This document shows, in pieces, positions 3,682-6,090 of a stretch of DNA of 6,090 nt (position 1 is its first letter; every line of letters starts with the position of its first letter). Location: the IMG/VR virus record IMGVR_UViG_3300029415_000028; one strand, 5' to 3'. The translations under genes and the position numbers were made by a program. Source of the DNA: a virus. The notes under the pieces are model-generated. The model saw nothing but the letters and a program-made list of their open reading frames with translations, did no database searches and was not told where the DNA came from.

Positions 3682-5361
3682 ATGAATTTTTCTCCTGATT
3701 TGTTTAAGGCTGTTGACCATTGTCAGCATCGTTCGTTTATCACGAATAGGTACACTGGTGCACGTATTGCCGTTGATTGCGGTCAATGCGATTATTGTAT
3801 CCATAAGCGTGCTAAAAAGGCGTCCATGCGCGTGAAAACCGCTGGAAGTGCTTTCAGGTATTCTTATTTTGTGACGCTTACGTATGATAATGAGCATATT
3901 CCTCTATTTAATTGTAAAGTTCTTCACAGTGATTATGAGGACGCCTTAGGCATTTCAGGAAATATACATTTTGGCCATGAACACCATCAATACGTTCCTG
4001 TTTCCGAGTATCAATGTAGTGATAACTCCTCGCTCCGTCATATATTTTTCGAACAAGTTCAGGGTACAGTGCCGTTTGACCGTGAAATTAAGGAATATGT
4101 TCCTGTTACGGATAATTGGTTTCTTAGTATGGATGCTATTCGCAGTTTTATCGGTAAAACGCAAGCCGTTGACAAAACGAATTATCCCGCTTCTGAACAA
4201 TACGGTTGCGATAACCTTATTCCCTTCTTAAATTACGTTGATGTTCAGAATTATATTAAACGCTTACGTAAACATTTATCCCAACAATTAGGTTCTTATG
4301 AAACGTTACATTTCTACGCTGTGGGTGAGTACGGACCCGTGCATTTCCGCCCGCATTATCATCTCTTATTATTCACAAACTCGCAAAAAGTCTCTGAGGT
4401 TCTACGATACTGCCACGATAAGAGTTGGAAATTCGGTCGTTCAGATTTCCAGATTGCCCGAGGTGGAGCTTCTTCATACGTTGCAAGTTACGTTAACAGC
4501 CTTAGTGCTGCTCCCTTATTATATCGCTCATGCCGCGCGTTTAGACCCAAATCGCGAGCATCTGTCGGATTCTTTGAGAAAGGTTGCGATTTCGTTGAGG
4601 ACGAAGACCCTTATGCGCAGATTGAGCAAAAAATCGATTCTGTCGTTAACGGAAGAATCTATAACTTCAATGGCATCAGTGTTCGGTCAACTCCACCCAT
4701 GTCGTATATCCGTACCTTATTGCCCCGATTCTCGTCTGCTCGCAATGACGATAGTGTTGCGATTGCTCGAATTCTTCGTGCTGTACACTCAACGCCAAAA
4801 AGAATTGCAAAATTCGGATTTATCGACTACAAACAGGATTCGGTTCTGAGTCTTGTTCGTACTTATTATCAATATCTTAAAGTTCAAAATATTCTTACAG
4901 ACGATGATAAAATTGTATTACATACTTCTCGGTGCCTTACTAGGTTCTGTAACAGTTCTAGTGATGTCGATATTGAATCTTATATTAATAAGTTATATCG
5001 GCTGTTCTTATATGTCTATAAATTCTTCCGTAATTGGCATCTCCCTCTCTTCGGTTCTGATATTAGCGCTTACTCCGGTCGTATTAGTTTTATCATTAAA
5101 ACAGGTATAGAATATGAAGCGAAAAAAAATTATGAAAGTCTACGAGATACATATAACATCCGTTCCCAATTCCCCGAAATCTCGGATTGTATGTTTGCGT
5201 TGCCTCAGAACGGGCAAGAGATTGATATCTTGTCGAATGTTTCACGTGAGACAATTCAGTTCCTTGAGCAACTCCGGTACCGTAGTTCTACATTCTGTCG
5301 CGATATGATTAAGCATAAGAAGCTTAATGATGCTAATGATATATTCAACCGTATGGTTTAA
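3682..5361 (+). CDS. VP4: VP4 rolling-circle replication initiator (HUH endonuclease, phiX gene-A family), 559 aa.
   Basis: Motif 1 is FVTLTY (3868..3885). Motif 2 is RPHYHLLLF, with H-Y-H at 4354..4362. Motif 3 is the double tyrosine Y266-VAS-Y270-VNS (4477..4491), compared with phiX174 A protein YVAKYVNK. The N-terminus has a Cys/His cluster (C14, H16, C33, C36, C39). The ATG is 2 nt after the peptidase stop. Confidence 0.95.
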   Translation: MNFSPDLFKAVDHCQHRSFITNRYTGARIAVDCGQCDYCIHKRAKKASMRVKTAGSAFRYSYFVTLTYDNEHIPLFNCKVLHSDYEDALGISGNIHFGHEHHQYVPVSEYQCSDNSSLRHIFFEQVQGTVPFDREIKEYVPVTDNWFLSMDAIRSFIGKTQAVDKTNYPASEQYGCDNLIPFLNYVDVQNYIKRLRKHLSQQLGSYETLHFYAVGEYGPVHFRPHYHLLLFTNSQKVSEVLRYCHDKSWKFGRSDFQIARGGASSYVASYVNSLSAAPLLYRSCRAFRPKSRASVGFFEKGCDFVEDEDPYAQIEQKIDSVVNGRIYNFNGISVRSTPPMSYIRTLLPRFSSARNDDSVAIARILRAVHSTPKRIAKFGFIDYKQDSVLSLVRTYYQYLKVQNILTDDDKIVLHTSRCLTRFCNSSSDVDIESYINKLYRLFLYVYKFFRNWHLPLFGSDISAYSGRISFIIKTGIEYEAKKNYESLRDTYNIRSQFPEISDCMFALPQNGQEIDILSNVSRETIQFLEQLRYRSSTFCRDMIKHKKLNDANDIFNRMV

Positions 5362-5378
5362 CTTTAATTTTATTAATT

Positions 5379-6090
5379 ATGAGTGATTTTAATCCGCTAG
5401 ACCGAGCGAAAGTTGCTGTGCATCGCTCCTCCTTTGATTTGTCTAGTAAAAAATTGTTTACAGCGAAAATTGGAGAAATTTTACCTTGCTATTGGCAGAT
5501 TGCCATCCCTGGTACTAAGTATCGTATTTCATCTGATTGGTTTACCCGTACCGTTCCGGTTAATACGGCTGCTTATACTCGTATCAAGGAGTATTACGAC
5601 TTCTATGCTGTGCCGTTACGACTGATTTCCCGTGCGCTTCCACAGGCGTTTACTCAGATGACGGATTATATGACTTCTGCCGCTTCTAATTCTGCTAATA
5701 CACAACAGTTGTCTAGTGTTCCTTATGCTCCTGTTGGTAACATCTCTGCCGAGATTCAGGCTCGTGTGACTGCTAAGACTGTCGATGATGCTGGTTTTGG
5801 TTTTGCTTATGGCTCTTGTAAGCTATTAGATATGCTTGGTTATGGTTCATTCATTGGTACCGGTAATACTAAGAAGAGTGATATTACTATGCAGTATCTT
5901 GGCCTTGATACTGCTTCACTGTCTGATAGTCAAAATCCTCTTATTTATGGTACTAGTATCAATTTGAATCTTCTTCCTATTTTCACTTATCAGAAGATTT
6001 ATTTTGATTTTTATTCAAACTCTCAATGGGAGAAGCATTTGGCTTATTCTTACAATGTTGATTATTGGGACGGTAAGAGCTCTGTTGAAA
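5379..6090 (+). CDS. VP1: Major capsid protein VP1, N-terminal part. It is open at the window end, and the unique portion ends at 5991 before continuing at base 1.
   Basis: I translated it by hand and found no stop from 5379 to 6090. The sequence is MSDFNPLDRAKVAVHRSSFDLSSKKLFTAKIGEILPCYWQIAIPGTKYRISSDWFTRTVPVNTAAYTRIKEYYDFYAVPLRLIS. This follows the canonical Microviridae VP1/F N-terminal pattern (RSxFDLS..K.T...G.L.P......PG......R..P........D.F.VP.RL). The ORF track omits it only because it has no stop in the window. Confidence 0.93.
   Translation, partial: MSDFNPLDRAKVAVHRSSFDLSSKKLFTAKIGEILPCYWQIAIPGTKYRISSDWFTRTVPVNTAAYTRIKEYYDFYAVPLRLISRALPQAFTQMTDYMTSAASNSANTQQLSSVPYAPVGNISAEIQARVTAKTVDDAGFGFAYGSCKLLDMLGYGSFIGTGNTKKSDITMQYLGLDTASLSDSQNPLIYGTSINLNLLPIFTYQKIYFDFYSNSQWEKHLAYSYNVDYWDGKSSVE
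5992..6090. repeat. Terminal redundancy, copy 2, identical to 1..99. It is an assembly or linearisation overlap of a circular genome.
   Basis: Exact 99/99 match to the start of the window. Confidence 0.97.

Noticed and set aside
24-4200. All minus-strand ORFs in the track: 24..218, 423..692, 750..932, 1104..1427, 2201..2707, 3407..3601, 3625..3897 and 3955..4200.
   Set aside because: Each is antisense to a strongly supported + strand gene. Their Ile/Arg/Asn/Ser/Thr/Lys-rich composition is what the complement of NNT-biased codons (ANN) produces. Microviridae encode all genes on the packaged-sense strand, and the only promoter-like element faces the + direction.
4298-5110. Long overlapping + strand ORFs inside VP4 (4298..4849 at 183 aa and 4853..5110 at 85 aa, the latter very hydrophobic). 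They are tempting as analogues of phiX174 B/K/E embedded genes.
   Set aside because: Both lie in the frame that starts on codon position 2 of VP4. Its middle base is therefore the T-rich third position of the real codons. xTx codons encode Leu, Phe, Ile, Val or Met and can never be stops, so long hydrophobic open frames are expected by bias alone. The second ORF needs a TTG start, and neither shows a coupled start-stop arrangement. I would revisit them only if they are conserved in relatives.

Overview
This window is a complete circular ssDNA phage genome of the family Microviridae. It is not phiX-like; the large Rep and the gene content look Alpavirinae-like or gut-microvirus-like. It has been linearised inside the major capsid gene. 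Bases 1..99 are repeated exactly at 5992..6090, so the true circle is 5991 nt and the capsid ORF runs 5379..5991 and then 1..1115 (575 aa in total). All convincing genes lie on the + strand and are tightly packed, with TAATG/ATGA start-stop overlaps and 2-17 nt spacers. The order is: orphan 64-aa ORF, 27-aa hydrophobic micro-ORF, minimal M15/LAS-type peptidase, 559-aa HUH replication initiator (VP4), major capsid protein (VP1), 150-aa acidic protein (scaffold-like), and VP2 pilot/minor capsid protein. Coding sequence is about 40% GC, T-rich and strongly NNT-biased. This bias explains most of the spurious overlapping and antisense ORFs in the track. The one exception to the compaction is a roughly 400-nt non-coding gap (2705..3106), which splits into two parts. 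The first part is a roughly 290-nt island of about 52% GC with no ATG on the + strand. It holds at least four strong hairpins, a tandem iteron-like repeat, a phiX174-origin-like CCACTTG/TTAATTAA motif and two copies of the GCGAAGC mini-hairpin. The second part is an AT-rich stretch with an A11 tract and a good match to the Bacteroidetes promoter consensus (TTTG, 19 nt, TAnnTTTG). This implies one genome-length transcription unit and a Bacteroidetes host. The items most worth follow-up are the structured GC island (candidate origin, priming site or ncRNA module) and the TM micro-ORF plus truncated M15 peptidase, which may be a lysis cassette. No tRNA, rRNA, CRISPR array or transposable element is visible.
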